Shown here: positions 11,396 to 21,587 of the stretch, piece by piece
How positions within the stretch are numbered: position 1 is the first letter of the stretch
How the letters are laid out: each line of letters starts with the position of its first letter
Source of the DNA: Vulcanimicrobiota bacterium
Lineage (GTDB): Bacteria; Vulcanimicrobiota; Vulcanimicrobiia; Vulcanimicrobiales; Vulcanimicrobiaceae
DNA: 64,000 nucleotides
Assembly: GCA_963786105.1 (NCBI GenBank)
Contig: CAWAXX010000001.1
Coordinates: 57,473 to 121,472 of the forward strand
Direction of reading: 5' to 3'
Notes under the pieces: generated by a model
The model's database searches: none
What the model was told of the DNA's origin: nothing
What the model saw: only the letters and a program-made list of their open reading frames with translations
Made by a program: the position numbers and the translations under genes

Positions 11396-12805
11396 GTGAG
11401 AGCTTCGCTAAGGCAGTTGTTTGCGAGGCAACCCCTAGGCTGGACCTCGTCTGAAACGGAAGGGCCCGCGCTGCGCCGAGTGCTGGGTTGGCCGGCGCTG
11501 ACGGCGATTGGGTTGGGAACGATGCTTGGAGGCATTTTCCCGACGATCGGGGCGGGCGCGCATGCCGCCGGCCCGGGCGTCATCTTGGCGTACGTTTTTT
11601 CCGGTTTAGTCAGCGTTTGCGTCGCGCTGTGCTATGCCGAGTTCGCCTCGATGGTTCCGGTGGCCGGAAGTGCGTACACGTATGCGTATGCGACGTTGGG
11701 CGAACTGGTGGCGTGGATCATCGGGTGGGACTTGATCCTGGAGTACGGCTTGTCGCTCGCACCGACCGCATCGTCGCTCTCGGACTACTTTCAGCACATG
11801 CTGGCCAACGTCGGTGTCTCCTTACCGGTTTGGGCGCAAACCGCTAACGTCAGCGGCGCTCACCCACAAATCGACGTGTTTGCGGCGGTTATGACGCTGG
11901 CGATCGCGGCCTTAGTCGCCATCGGCATTCGCGAGTCGGCCGGCGTTAATGGAATCCTCGTCCTCGTTCAAATCGCGTCCATGATCGTGTTCGTCGCCGT
12001 GGTCGCTCACGCCGTCGTTCCTGCGAACCTGCATCCGTTCGCGCCGTTCGGATACCATGGCATCCTGGCGAGTACGGCTCTGGTATTTTTTGCCTACATC
12101 GGATTTGATACGGTGACGGTCGCGTCGGAAGAAGCGAAGCGACCCGAGCGCGACGTCCCCATCGGCATCATTCTCGCCCTGGCCATCGGCGGCATCCTCT
12201 ACGTCGTGCTGACGCTTTGCACCGTGGGGGTGCTGCGCTACGACCGCCTCTCAGACGGCGCGGCCATGCTCGACGCGCTGGGCTCGGTCACCAAGAATCA
12301 CGCATTCTACTGGATCGTCGCGATCGGCGGCATTGCCGGAAATGCCACCGTCATGCTGACGTCGCTGCTCGGGCAAGTGCGAATCTTCTACGTCATGGCG
12401 CGCGATCGAATGTTGCCGCCGGGAGTCGCGCGCATTCACCACGTCTTTCGCACGCCCGCGCGAATGACCGCGATCACCGGCGTGATCGTCGCAATTTTTG
12501 CTGCGGTGTTTCCGCTTACGGATTTGCTCAAGTTGGTCAACGTTGGAACGCTCGCCGCCTTTGCGATCGTGTGCGCGGGAGTGCTCGTGCTGCGAGTGAT
12601 CAATCCGACGGCGGAGCGGCCATTCCGAGCGCCCTTTCTGCCGTTTTTTTCGATCGCCGGAGCCGGCGTGTGCCTGTATCTCATCTCCGGACTGCAACTC
12701 GCCACCTGGATACGCTACGCCATATGGTTCGCCGTGGGCATCCTTGTCTACGCGATCTACGGTTTCCGGAACTCCCGTTTACGGGTAAATTTGCCCCGCC
12801 CGTGA
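11396..12805 (+). CDS. APC-family amino acid permease
   Basis: About 12 TM segments; CYAEFASMVPVAGSAYTY, FFAYIGFD, EEAK motifs. Confidence 0.92.
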   Translation: MRASLRQLFARQPLGWTSSETEGPALRRVLGWPALTAIGLGTMLGGIFPTIGAGAHAAGPGVILAYVFSGLVSVCVALCYAEFASMVPVAGSAYTYAYATLGELVAWIIGWDLILEYGLSLAPTASSLSDYFQHMLANVGVSLPVWAQTANVSGAHPQIDVFAAVMTLAIAALVAIGIRESAGVNGILVLVQIASMIVFVAVVAHAVVPANLHPFAPFGYHGILASTALVFFAYIGFDTVTVASEEAKRPERDVPIGIILALAIGGILYVVLTLCTVGVLRYDRLSDGAAMLDALGSVTKNHAFYWIVAIGGIAGNATVMLTSLLGQVRIFYVMARDRMLPPGVARIHHVFRTPARMTAITGVIVAIFAAVFPLTDLLKLVNVGTLAAFAIVCAGVLVLRVINPTAERPFRAPFLPFFSIAGAGVCLYLISGLQLATWIRYAIWFAVGILVYAIYGFRNSRLRVNLPRP

Positions 12806-12860
12806 AACCCGGCGGTTCGTCGGGGCGTTGGGGTGGTATAATCCGCCGCACGGAGGGTCA

Positions 12861-13862
12861 ATGCAAAGCGTCGGCACCGCGGTCTCGGACCGCTTCCAGC
12901 TCGTCGAAGTTCCGCGCGCGAACGGCGCGGCTTCGTTTGCCGAGGACGTTGCCGCCGGGCTGCGCGCTTCGCCTAAACGATTACCGTCGAAGTATCTCTA
13001 CGATCGAATCGGATCGGCGCTCTTCGACGCGATCATGCACCTGCCGGAATATTATCTTTCGAATGCTGAGACCGACGTTCTGCGCGAATGCGGCTGGGAA
13101 ATCGTTCGCGTGCTCGACGAACCGTTCGACTTTCTGGAACTCGGCAGCGGGAGCGCGGTCAAGACGCGACTGCTCATCGCCGAAGCGCTGCGCGTTCAAG
13201 GGCAGCTGCGCTACAGCCCGATCGACATTTCGACCGACGCGCTGCAAACGTCGTCGATGGCGCTGGTCGAAGCGTATCCGGGGTTGTCGATCCGCGCCTA
13301 CGCCGGAGACTACTTCGACGTCTTGGCCTCGAAGACGCTGCAGTTCGAACGGCGGGTGCTCGCCATGTTCATGGGCTCGAATATCGGGAACTACGAGCCC
13401 GCAGAAGCCGTCCGGATACTGCGTTTGCTTTCGGCCGCGTTGCGTCCCGGCGACGGTCTGTTGCTGGGAACCGATTTGAAGAAAGACCGCGCGACGCTCG
13501 AAGCCGCCTACGACGATCCGCTCGGCGTTACCGCGGCCTTCAACAAAAACATCCTGGAGCGCATCAATCAGCAGCTCGGCGGCAACTTCGATCTTCGTAA
13601 CTTCGAACACGTCGTGCACTACGACGAGGAACGCGGGAGCGTCGATTCCTTCTTGGAAGCGCGCCGCTCGGCCGACGTCGCCATCGATGCGATCGGCCTG
13701 CGACTAGCGTTCGCCGCCGGAGAGCGCATCCACACCGAGTCGTCCTATAAGTTCTCGGATCGAGACGTCGCCCGCCTGGGGGCGACTGCCGGCTTCCGTT
13801 CGTCGTCCACGTGGCACGATCGCGCCCAACGCTTCAGCGTTCACCTCCTGGTTCGAACGTAG
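12861..13862 (+). CDS. egtD: L-histidine N-alpha-methyltransferase (ergothioneine/hercynine synthesis)
   Basis: PKRLPSKYLYD..GS.LFD.I..LPEYY, ELGSG, AYDDPLGVTAAFNKN, IHTESSYKF. Confidence 0.92.
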   Translation: MQSVGTAVSDRFQLVEVPRANGAASFAEDVAAGLRASPKRLPSKYLYDRIGSALFDAIMHLPEYYLSNAETDVLRECGWEIVRVLDEPFDFLELGSGSAVKTRLLIAEALRVQGQLRYSPIDISTDALQTSSMALVEAYPGLSIRAYAGDYFDVLASKTLQFERRVLAMFMGSNIGNYEPAEAVRILRLLSAALRPGDGLLLGTDLKKDRATLEAAYDDPLGVTAAFNKNILERINQQLGGNFDLRNFEHVVHYDEERGSVDSFLEARRSADVAIDAIGLRLAFAAGERIHTESSYKFSDRDVARLGATAGFRSSSTWHDRAQRFSVHLLVRT

Positions 13863-13867
13863 GCGTC

Positions 13868-14791
13868 ATCCCGACCGGCGTCGATGCCGCGACCGTAACG
13901 GTCGACGGTCGCGCGGTCGCTTTGACGAACTTGAACAAGACGTTCTTTCCCGAGCTCGGGCTCACCAAGGGCGACCTTCTGCGCTACTACTTGCGCGTCG
14001 CACCGGCGGTGATTCCGCACGTCGCCGGCAAGGCGATGGTCATGAAGCGATACCCGCACGGAGCCACCGGCGATTTCTTTTTCATGAAGCGGGCGCCGTC
14101 GCCGAGGCCAGCGTGGATTCGAACCTGCCCGATCGAGCACCGGTCGGGAAACGTCATCGACTTCCCCGTAATCGACGACGCGGCGTCGCTCCTCTGGCTC
14201 GTCAACCTTGGCTGCATCGATCTCAATCCGTGGTACGCGCCGTGCGACGATTTCAATCATCCGGATTACCTGCACATCGACCTCGATCCGTTCGACGCTC
14301 CGTTCTCCGCGGTTCGTGAGGCTGCGCTGGTCGTGCGCGACGTGTTTACGTCGCTCGGCATGGTCCCGTACGTCAAAACCACGGGCAGCAAAGGGATGCA
14401 CGTGTATGTGGGCATTCGAACGGGACCGAGCCAGCACGAAGTGTGGGAAATCGCCAAAGCGCTCTCGCATGCAATCGCGCAAGCGCACCCGGATCTCCTC
14501 ATCGTCGAGTACCGCGTCTCGAAGCGGCCGCGCGGGCGCGTCTTGCTCGACTACAACCAAAATGCTTTCGGACGCACGCTGGCGTCCATCTATTCCGTGA
14601 GACCAAACGAAGCCGCGATGGTGTCCACGCCGGTTACTTGGGAAGAGGTCGAACGGGGTTGCGAGTCCGGCGATTTCACCCTGCTCGACGTTCCCGGGCG
14701 CCTCGAGCGCCTCGGCGATCTGTGGGCGCCGTTGCTCGAGAAACGTGGACGCTTCGATTTACTCAAGCTTCGGCGAAAGCTGGGAACGTAG
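13868..14791 (+). CDS. LigD-type polymerase domain (PrimPol, Prim-PolC-like); start uncertain
   Basis: LTNLNK, KRYPHG, FFMK, DLDP, KTTGSKGMHVY, DYNQN, YSVR, VSTPVTWEE. No canonical start just after egtD (in-frame ATC at 13868; GTG at 13811 lies inside egtD). Confidence 0.88.
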   Translation: MPTGVDAATVTVDGRAVALTNLNKTFFPELGLTKGDLLRYYLRVAPAVIPHVAGKAMVMKRYPHGATGDFFFMKRAPSPRPAWIRTCPIEHRSGNVIDFPVIDDAASLLWLVNLGCIDLNPWYAPCDDFNHPDYLHIDLDPFDAPFSAVREAALVVRDVFTSLGMVPYVKTTGSKGMHVYVGIRTGPSQHEVWEIAKALSHAIAQAHPDLLIVEYRVSKRPRGRVLLDYNQNAFGRTLASIYSVRPNEAAMVSTPVTWEEVERGCESGDFTLLDVPGRLERLGDLWAPLLEKRGRFDLLKLRRKLGT

Positions 14792-14801
14792 GAAACGATT
14801 C

Positions 14802-15812
14802 GTGTCGCGCTTTGAGGATCTTCCGCTCAAGCCGCCGATCGAGCCGATGGCATCGAGGCAAGCGTCCCAAATTCCGGTAGGCGGGCAGTGGTTGTACGAG
14901 CCTAAGTGGGACGGTTTTCGCTGCGTAGCGTTTCGATCGGACGCCGACGTCGAACTCGAGTCGAAATCGGGTCAATCGTTGACGCGATACTTTCCCGAGA
15001 TCGTCGCCGCGCTGGGCGCCCTGCGAGCGAAACGGTTCGTCATCGACGGCGAGTTGTTCGTCGAAAGCGGACCCGGCTTCGACTTCGACGCCTTGCTGCA
15101 GCGCATTCATCCGGCGCATAGCCGCGTGCTGCAACTTTCGCAGCGAACTCCCGCGAAGTTCGCCGTCTTCGACGTACTGGTGGACGAGCAGAAGAAACCG
15201 TGGTACGAGCGCCCGCTCTCCGAGCGGCGCGCGGCGCTCGAGTCGTTCGCGCGGCGATACTTTGAGCCAGAGTCCCCGCTCGTCGTATCACCGGCGACTT
15301 CGGACGTGGACGTCGCGCGAAAGTGGCTCGCCGGCGACACCGCTCGCCTCGACGGCGTGATCGCAAAGCGTCTCGATGCGCCCTACGATTTCGGCCGCCG
15401 CGATGCGGTTGTCAAAGTGAAGCGCCGTTACACGGCCGACTGCGTCGTCGGCGGTTTCCGGCGGTCTCCCGACGGTGCGATCGCTTCGCTGCTGCTGGGA
15501 TTGTACGATGACGGAAAACTCGACCATGTCGGATTCGTCGGCAGCATGAGTGCGTCGGAGCGTAAGCGGGCGTCGTTATTGCTGGAGCCGATCGTGGCGC
15601 CGCCCGGTTTCACCGGTGTATCCCCCGGTGGCCCCAGCCGATGGCGCAAGGGCGAATCCGAATGGTTCCCGACCGAGCCGCTGGTGGTCGTCGAGGTGTC
15701 CTTCGATCATATAACTGCGCGGCGTTTTCGACATGCGGCTCGCTTGCTTCGGTGGCGACCCGACAAAAGTCCGCGCGAATGCACGATCGACCAGCTACTC
15801 GAACCGAGCTAA
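14802..15812 (+). CDS. ATP-dependent DNA ligase (LigC-like)
   Basis: YEPKWDGFR adenylation motif, IDGE, FDVL, DGVIAK, TADCVVGGFR, RWRPDK. Confidence 0.9.
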   Translation: MSRFEDLPLKPPIEPMASRQASQIPVGGQWLYEPKWDGFRCVAFRSDADVELESKSGQSLTRYFPEIVAALGALRAKRFVIDGELFVESGPGFDFDALLQRIHPAHSRVLQLSQRTPAKFAVFDVLVDEQKKPWYERPLSERRAALESFARRYFEPESPLVVSPATSDVDVARKWLAGDTARLDGVIAKRLDAPYDFGRRDAVVKVKRRYTADCVVGGFRRSPDGAIASLLLGLYDDGKLDHVGFVGSMSASERKRASLLLEPIVAPPGFTGVSPGGPSRWRKGESEWFPTEPLVVVEVSFDHITARRFRHAARLLRWRPDKSPRECTIDQLLEPS

Positions 15813-15976
15813 CAGCGGGTCGCGCAACGCAGGCTGAGTCTCGCTCGTTAAGCGTACGAGCGGGTAGACGTTTCACGAACGTGAATTTCGGCTCGGCCAA
15901 AGGGACCGGGCCCCCGCACGCAAAAAAGGAGCGCCTTTGCTACCCCCCCAACTCGTTCATGAGGAGCTACAACGCG

Positions 15977-16936
15977 ATGTATAAGCTTTCGCGGTTCGTC
16001 GGTATTGCTGCGTGCGCTGGGGCGCTCGCCGCAGCGGGATGTTCGTCGAATTCCGGCGTCACCCCGAGCACCGGCGCGCCGATGACTTCGCAGCAGCAGG
16101 CTGCAATCAGCGGTGGATGGATGCACGAAAACGGCGTCACCTACGCTGTGCCCCACTACATGGGAACGGTTCAATCGGCTCGCCCGGCGGTCAAGCCGAA
16201 CCTTCAGCTCACCTACGGCGGCGGCGTGGTACTGGTCGCTCCGAAGATGTATTTGATTTTCTGGGGCTTCAAGGCAAACGGCGACCCGAACAAGGTCAGG
16301 CCACTCTTGAAGAACTACGCGAAGCGTGTCGGCGGCACCGCGTACAACAACATCTACACGCAGTACTATCAAAATATCGGCGGCGTGCAGACGTTCATCA
16401 CCAACCCCACCAATCAGGCCAACAAGACCACGTTCTGGAATGACGACACGAACCCGATCCCGGCAAGTCCGACCGATGCGCAAGTCGCCGCCGAGTCCCT
16501 CGCCGGCGTCGCCCACTTCGGCTACGATCCGAACGGCTCGTACGTCGTCGTGACGGCACACGGCCACAGCATTGTCGGCTTTGGAACGTCGTTCTGCGCG
16601 TACCACGGGAAAACGACGTTTGGTGGTCAACTGGTCACGTACACGAATCTGCCATATATTCCGGACGCCGGCAGAAGCTGTGGTGCGAACTACATCAGCC
16701 CGCCGTCCGACGAAACCGGCGCCGACGAAGGCGTGACCATCGTCCAGGGCCACGAATACGGCGAGTCGATCACCGACCCGGATTACTTCAAGGGCTGGAA
16801 CAGTGGTTCCGGCGAAATTGGCGACATCTGCGCTTGGGGAACGCATATTGCGAACGATCCCTTCAGATCCGCCACCTACACGGCGCAGTCCATGTTCAGT
16901 AACGCCTCCAGTTCCTGCGTTCACTCTTACCCGTAA
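15977..16936 (+). CDS. Secreted/lipoprotein hypothetical protein, PHI-1/EXORDIUM-like (CAYH...HEYGESITDP)
   Basis: GAGGAG RBS; AAGC lipobox; LTYGGG, FCAYHG, HEYGESITDP, EIGDIC motifs. Confidence 0.65.
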   Translation: MYKLSRFVGIAACAGALAAAGCSSNSGVTPSTGAPMTSQQQAAISGGWMHENGVTYAVPHYMGTVQSARPAVKPNLQLTYGGGVVLVAPKMYLIFWGFKANGDPNKVRPLLKNYAKRVGGTAYNNIYTQYYQNIGGVQTFITNPTNQANKTTFWNDDTNPIPASPTDAQVAAESLAGVAHFGYDPNGSYVVVTAHGHSIVGFGTSFCAYHGKTTFGGQLVTYTNLPYIPDAGRSCGANYISPPSDETGADEGVTIVQGHEYGESITDPDYFKGWNSGSGEIGDICAWGTHIANDPFRSATYTAQSMFSNASSSCVHSYP

Positions 16937-16955
16937 GAGTAACGGCACAGTAATC

Positions 16956-16990
16956 AACGAGGGGAATCGGCAGTCGGCCTTCCCCTCGTT
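16956..16990 (+). terminator. Hairpin, probable intrinsic terminator
   Basis: AACGAGGGGAA ... TTCCCCTCGTT 11-bp stem 20 nt after a stop codon. Confidence 0.55.
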
Positions 16991-17042
16991 CTCGATTCTT
17001 CCGGTCGCTTGTCGTTGCTTGCGCGCGCGAAGGAGTGTCACG

Positions 17043-18659
17043 ATGCGCCGTCTTCTTGCAATCGTAATTTCGTGCTTAATGCTTGCCGGTTGCGGCGGGC
17101 ATTCGGCCGGATCGGCCGTCGGTGCCGTTCCCGCGATTCCGGTAGCCCAATCGATCCAGGTCCAGCCCAACGGTGACCCCAACGAGCTGCCGCAGCCTCC
17201 CGAAGTCGATGCCGTCAACGGCGTCGCGACCGTTTCGCTCGTTACCGACATCAATGTCGCGACGGGCTTTCCGGCCTTCGATTTCAACGGACAGCCGAAC
17301 GTCGCGCCCACGATCCGCGTGAAGCCGGGCGACACCATCGTCATGGACCTCGCGAACGATCTGCCGGCGGGGCATGGCTTCAAAGACGATATGAACGTCC
17401 ACTTCCACGGGTTGGGCACGTCGCCGCGGCGTCCCGCCGACGACGTTCTCACCATGCTGGCCAAACCGGGCGGAACGTTGCACTACGTCGTCCCGATTCC
17501 GTTGAATCAAGAGCCGGGACTCTATTGGTACCACCCGCACGTGCACGGCCATACCAACTATCACGTGGGCGAAGCCGGCATGTCGGGCGCGATCATCGTC
17601 CAGGGATTGGAGCATCATTTGCCCGGCTTGGGCAAGATGGTGGAGCGTCTCATCGTTCTTCGCGACACGGCGACGAGCGCGAGCATCCTTCCCCGCTCCG
17701 GCGACGACGGGACGGCGGGCGACGCGTCCTCGATGACCGACATGACGGCAATGAACGACGATGCTCCAACCAGCAGCGTGCACCCGCAAGATACCAACCT
17801 TCACCCGTGCGGTCCTGATTTGAACCTGAAGGTCACCCTCAACGGTGCCCGGCGGCCCGACATTACGATCAAGCCCGGCGCGCAGCAGTTCTTCCGTTTG
17901 ATCAATGCGACCGGGCACAAAACGCTCAAACTCGCCGTCGACGGCGGCACGCTCGAAGTCGTGGCCATCGACGGTTTTGCGCTCGACAGTTACCCGGGCA
18001 CGCCGCCTACCCTGACCGTTCCGTTTCTCATCGTTCCACCGGCGGCGAGAGCCGAGTTCGTGGTCACCGGACCGGCAAGCGGTAGGGCGAAGTTTCGCTC
18101 GCTTTGCTACAACTCGGGTCCGAATGGCGATCCTGACCCGATGGCAGTGCTAGCCAACGTCGTGGCGCCGCCGGGCCACTCCGCGCCGGCGATCGCTCAT
18201 CGTCCGTTGAGTGTCGGCGCGCCATTGCCGCAAAACGTGTATACGACGGCCCTGCCGCCGCCTGCGGCTAAACGCGAAGTCGTATTCGCTGAGAATCCGA
18301 AGCATTTTTTAATCAACGGCAAGCGCTTCAACATGAACGATCCGCCGATGTTCGTGGTACACACCGGTACGATCGAGCAGTGGCGCGTGATCAACACCAC
18401 TCGCGAAGTACACGACTTCCACATTCACCAGATCCACTTTTTGGTCTTAAGCATCGATGGTAAAAAAGTGGCACATCCGTACTGGCAGGATAGCGCGGTT
18501 ATTCCGCACCGCCGCGGCGTGGGAGCAAGCGGTCCTCCGGGCAATCTCGTCCTGTTGATGGATTTTCGCGACCCCATCATCCACGGAACGTTCCTGTTCC
18601 ACTGCCACATCCTCGATCACGAAGATAACGGCATGATGGCAAAGATAAAGGCGATCTAG
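17043..18659 (+). CDS. Multicopper oxidase (lipoprotein)
   Basis: HFHG, WYHPH, HDFHIH, HCHILDHEDNGMM copper motifs; LAGC lipobox. Confidence 0.95.
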   Translation: MRRLLAIVISCLMLAGCGGHSAGSAVGAVPAIPVAQSIQVQPNGDPNELPQPPEVDAVNGVATVSLVTDINVATGFPAFDFNGQPNVAPTIRVKPGDTIVMDLANDLPAGHGFKDDMNVHFHGLGTSPRRPADDVLTMLAKPGGTLHYVVPIPLNQEPGLYWYHPHVHGHTNYHVGEAGMSGAIIVQGLEHHLPGLGKMVERLIVLRDTATSASILPRSGDDGTAGDASSMTDMTAMNDDAPTSSVHPQDTNLHPCGPDLNLKVTLNGARRPDITIKPGAQQFFRLINATGHKTLKLAVDGGTLEVVAIDGFALDSYPGTPPTLTVPFLIVPPAARAEFVVTGPASGRAKFRSLCYNSGPNGDPDPMAVLANVVAPPGHSAPAIAHRPLSVGAPLPQNVYTTALPPPAAKREVVFAENPKHFLINGKRFNMNDPPMFVVHTGTIEQWRVINTTREVHDFHIHQIHFLVLSIDGKKVAHPYWQDSAVIPHRRGVGASGPPGNLVLLMDFRDPIIHGTFLFHCHILDHEDNGMMAKIKAI

Positions 18660-18668
18660 CTGACACGG

Positions 18669-19283
18669 TTAGTAGGCGCGGGCGCGCTTTTCGGCGAGAC
18701 GGAGCAAGCCGTCGACGGTTACGGCAAGTGCCGACGCGGCTAGGCTTCCCGCGACGATCATTTCCGGCTGATGCAACGTTAGGCCGTTGAAGATGAGTAC
18801 GCCGAGACCGCTGCCGCCGACGTAACCGCCTAGCGTGGCGATCGCGATCATGGCGATTGCGGCGATCCGTACGCCTCCGATGACGACCGGCAAGGCTTGC
18901 GGAAACTCTACCCGCGCGAGAATTTGACGCGGCGACATGCCGAGACCGCGCGCGGCGTCGACCTGCGCGGGATCCACGCCGTTGATCCCGGCGACGACGT
19001 TGCGCGCCAGCATGAACTGCGCGTACGCAACCAATGCAACGAAGATGGGCGCAAAACCGAGGCCGAAGAGTTGCACCAACACCGCCAGCAGCGCCAAGCT
19101 CGGGATGGTGTACAGCGCGCCGAGCGCGCCAAGCACCCAGCTCGCGAGGTGCGGGCGCCGGGCGGCGTAGATTCCGAGTGGAACGGCGATGGCCATCGCG
19201 ACGGCCAGCGCCGCCGCGACCACTTCGACGTGGGCCGCCGCCAAAGCGGCGATGCGATCGAGGTGCGCGAGCGCGTAGCTCAT
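18669..19283 (-). CDS. Osmoprotectant ABC transporter permease
   Basis: TIPSLALL, DAARGLGM EAA-like motif, GGLG. Confidence 0.9.
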   Translation of the reverse strand: MSYALAHLDRIAALAAAHVEVVAAALAVAMAIAVPLGIYAARRPHLASWVLGALGALYTIPSLALLAVLVQLFGLGFAPIFVALVAYAQFMLARNVVAGINGVDPAQVDAARGLGMSPRQILARVEFPQALPVVIGGVRIAAIAMIAIATLGGYVGGSGLGVLIFNGLTLHQPEMIVAGSLAASALAVTVDGLLRLAEKRARAY

Positions 19284-20065
19284 CGAAGCGCTTCGCGAAC
19301 GTGCAGGTAATAGTCGCGATACACGTTGTCGCCGGCGTGCACCAACTCGCGGACGTACGGCGTCGCCGGCCGCTCAAGAAGCTCGTCCGGCGTCGCGACT
19401 TGCTCGACGGTTCCCGCGCGCATGACGACGATCCGGTCGGCCAACTTCAACGCTTCGTCGAAGTCGTGCGTAACGAAGAGCGTCGTGGTTTGCAGTTCGC
19501 GCACGATTCGCGCGAGCTCGCGCTGGAGCGTGCTGCGGACCAGCGCGTCGACGGCGCCAAACGGCTCGTCCATCAGCAACGCGCGGGGGCGAGCGGCGAT
19601 GGCGCGGGCAACGCCGACGCGTTGAGCCTCGCCGCCGGAAAGCTCGCGCGGCCGGCGGCTTCGATAACGTGCCGGATCCAAGCCAACCAGCGCGAGCAAC
19701 TCGTCGACGCGCGCGGCGATCTCTTCGCGCGGCCACCCGAGCAGCGACGGAACGACGCCAATATTCTGCGCCACGCTCATGTGGGCAAAGAGGCCAACCG
19801 CTTGAATCGCGTAGCCTATACTCCGGCGGAGCTCCACCGCATCCACGCCGGCAACGTCGCGGCCCTCGACGGCGACGCTCCCGCGTTGCAGGTCGACGAG
19901 CCGGTTCACCGTTCGCAAGAGCGTCGATTTGCCGCAGCCCGACGGCCCCAGCAACACGACGAGTTCGCCGGGGGAGGCTTCGAACGAGACGTTTTCGACG
20001 GCTGCGCGATCGGCTCCGGGATAGCGAACGGTCGCATTTTCGAAGCGAATCGACGCCCCGCTCAA
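19280..20065 (-). CDS. Osmoprotectant ABC transporter ATP-binding protein
   Basis: GPSGCGKST, LSGGEAQRV, LLMDEPFGAVD. Confidence 0.93.
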   Translation of the reverse strand: MSGASIRFENATVRYPGADRAAVENVSFEASPGELVVLLGPSGCGKSTLLRTVNRLVDLQRGSVAVEGRDVAGVDAVELRRSIGYAIQAVGLFAHMSVAQNIGVVPSLLGWPREEIAARVDELLALVGLDPARYRSRRPRELSGGEAQRVGVARAIAARPRALLMDEPFGAVDALVRSTLQRELARIVRELQTTTLFVTHDFDEALKLADRIVVMRAGTVEQVATPDELLERPATPYVRELVHAGDNVYRDYYLHVREALR

Positions 20066-20943
20066 CGGGAGGCGCTCGCGAGAAAGGCCGCCGCGACGTC
20101 GGCGGGATCGCGATGTCCGTTTTCGATCTCTGCGTTCATTCGTTGAGCGGCGCGGTCGGTGATCGCCGGCGACACCGCGTCGAGCACGGTCACGATGCGC
20201 GGCTGTTGTTGCAGCACGGCCTTGCGTGCGACCGGAGCGACGTTATACGGCGGCCACAGGTGGCGATCGTCGCGCAGAACCACCAAATCGTCGGTCGCGA
20301 TCGCACCGTCAGTCGTGAACGCGCTCGCGACGTCGGCTTGCCCAGAAAGCAGCGCTTGGTACTTCAACGCAATGTCGTACGTCCGGATGTCGCGAAACGC
20401 AAACCCGCCGTACATTCGGCGCAGTCCCGGAAGCCCGTCCGCACGGCTCAAGAACTCCTGAATCGTCGCCAAACGCAATCTCGAAGCGACCGGTGCGAGA
20501 TCGGAGAGCGTTGCGATCCGCTCGCGCGCGGCGACGGCTTTCGTCGTTGCCAGAGCCTGCGAGTCGTTCATCGGTGACGGATGCAGCCAGACTAAACCGT
20601 AGCGCTGGTCGAACTCGCGTGCGACGGTCGCATACAGCAAACCGGAATCCTGCATCGGCGGGAGATGGAGAACGTCGATCAGCGCCGTCCCGGTGTATTC
20701 CGGGTAGAGATCGATGTCGCCGCGGCGCATCGCGGCCATCGCAATCTGCGTCGAGCCGAGGTTGAACCGACGCTCCACGCGCATGCCGGCGCGTTCCAAT
20801 GCCTGCGCGTAAATCTCGGCGATGACAAACGACTCGGTGAAGTTCTTCGAGCCGACGCGCATCGTGCCGCCCCGCGTGCCGCACGCCGCCAAAAGCGGTC
20901 CGCTTGCAATGAGCGCGAGCGCTCGAGTACGCGAAAGGTTCAC
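20062..20943 (-). CDS. Glycine betaine/choline ABC transporter substrate-binding lipoprotein
   Basis: VGSKNFTE, IDLYPEYTGT, FTTDG, WPPY; LAAC lipobox. Confidence 0.92.
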   Translation of the reverse strand: MNLSRTRALALIASGPLLAACGTRGGTMRVGSKNFTESFVIAEIYAQALERAGMRVERRFNLGSTQIAMAAMRRGDIDLYPEYTGTALIDVLHLPPMQDSGLLYATVAREFDQRYGLVWLHPSPMNDSQALATTKAVAARERIATLSDLAPVASRLRLATIQEFLSRADGLPGLRRMYGGFAFRDIRTYDIALKYQALLSGQADVASAFTTDGAIATDDLVVLRDDRHLWPPYNVAPVARKAVLQQQPRIVTVLDAVSPAITDRAAQRMNAEIENGHRDPADVAAAFLASASR

Positions 20944-21539
20944 GAAGGTACCTCGACCAGACGGCCGACTTGGCCGAGGAGTATTTCTACGCTCAATGCC
21001 AGGATTGCGACGGCCAGCGCCCCCGCCACCAGAAGCGTCGGGTCGTCGGTTTGCAGCCCGCGGACGATTTCGTCGCCCAAGCCTCCGCCGCCGATGAAGG
21101 TCGCCAGGGTTGCGCTGGCGATCGTCTCGGTCGCGGCCGTCCGCAGGCCGGCGAACGAGACCGGCAACGCCAAGGGTACGATCACGCGCGCGAACGCCTC
21201 GACCGGCTTCATGCCCATTCCCGCGGCCGCATCGAGCGCTGCTGCCGGCACGCCGCGAATGCCGAGGTCGACGCCGATGACGATCGGAGGTATCGCCAGC
21301 AGAGCCAGCGCGACGATCGCCGGTGCGGTACCCACGCCCATGACGGGCAGCAGCAGCGTCAGGACCGCTAGGCTGGGAAGCGTACGGCCGACGCTCGCCA
21401 GCGCGAGCGCCGGGTTCCGCAGCGGGGCGTAGGTCGCGGCGGCGATTCCGAGCGGCAAGCCCGTCGCGAGCGCGAGGATCAGCGCGCAAGCAGCCAGGAT
21501 CACGTGCTGGGCCGCATGCGCCGCCAAGTCGCTCAACAT
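20940..21539 (-). CDS. Osmoprotectant ABC transporter permease
   Basis: TLPSLAVL, DAAAGMGM, ATFIGGGGLG. Confidence 0.9.
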   Translation of the reverse strand: MLSDLAAHAAQHVILAACALILALATGLPLGIAAATYAPLRNPALALASVGRTLPSLAVLTLLLPVMGVGTAPAIVALALLAIPPIVIGVDLGIRGVPAAALDAAAGMGMKPVEAFARVIVPLALPVSFAGLRTAATETIASATLATFIGGGGLGDEIVRGLQTDDPTLLVAGALAVAILALSVEILLGQVGRLVEVPS

Positions 21540-21587
21540 TTCCGCGAGAGTTTTGCCCTTTTAGGGCGAAACCCGTTGCTCCACCCT

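Noticed and set aside
15848..17464. Long antisense or alternate-frame ORFs (this 538-aa ORF, also 34483-36093, 37700-39091, 58523-59971)
   Set aside because: They overlap well-supported genes and have no motifs; typical shadow ORFs of GC-rich DNA.
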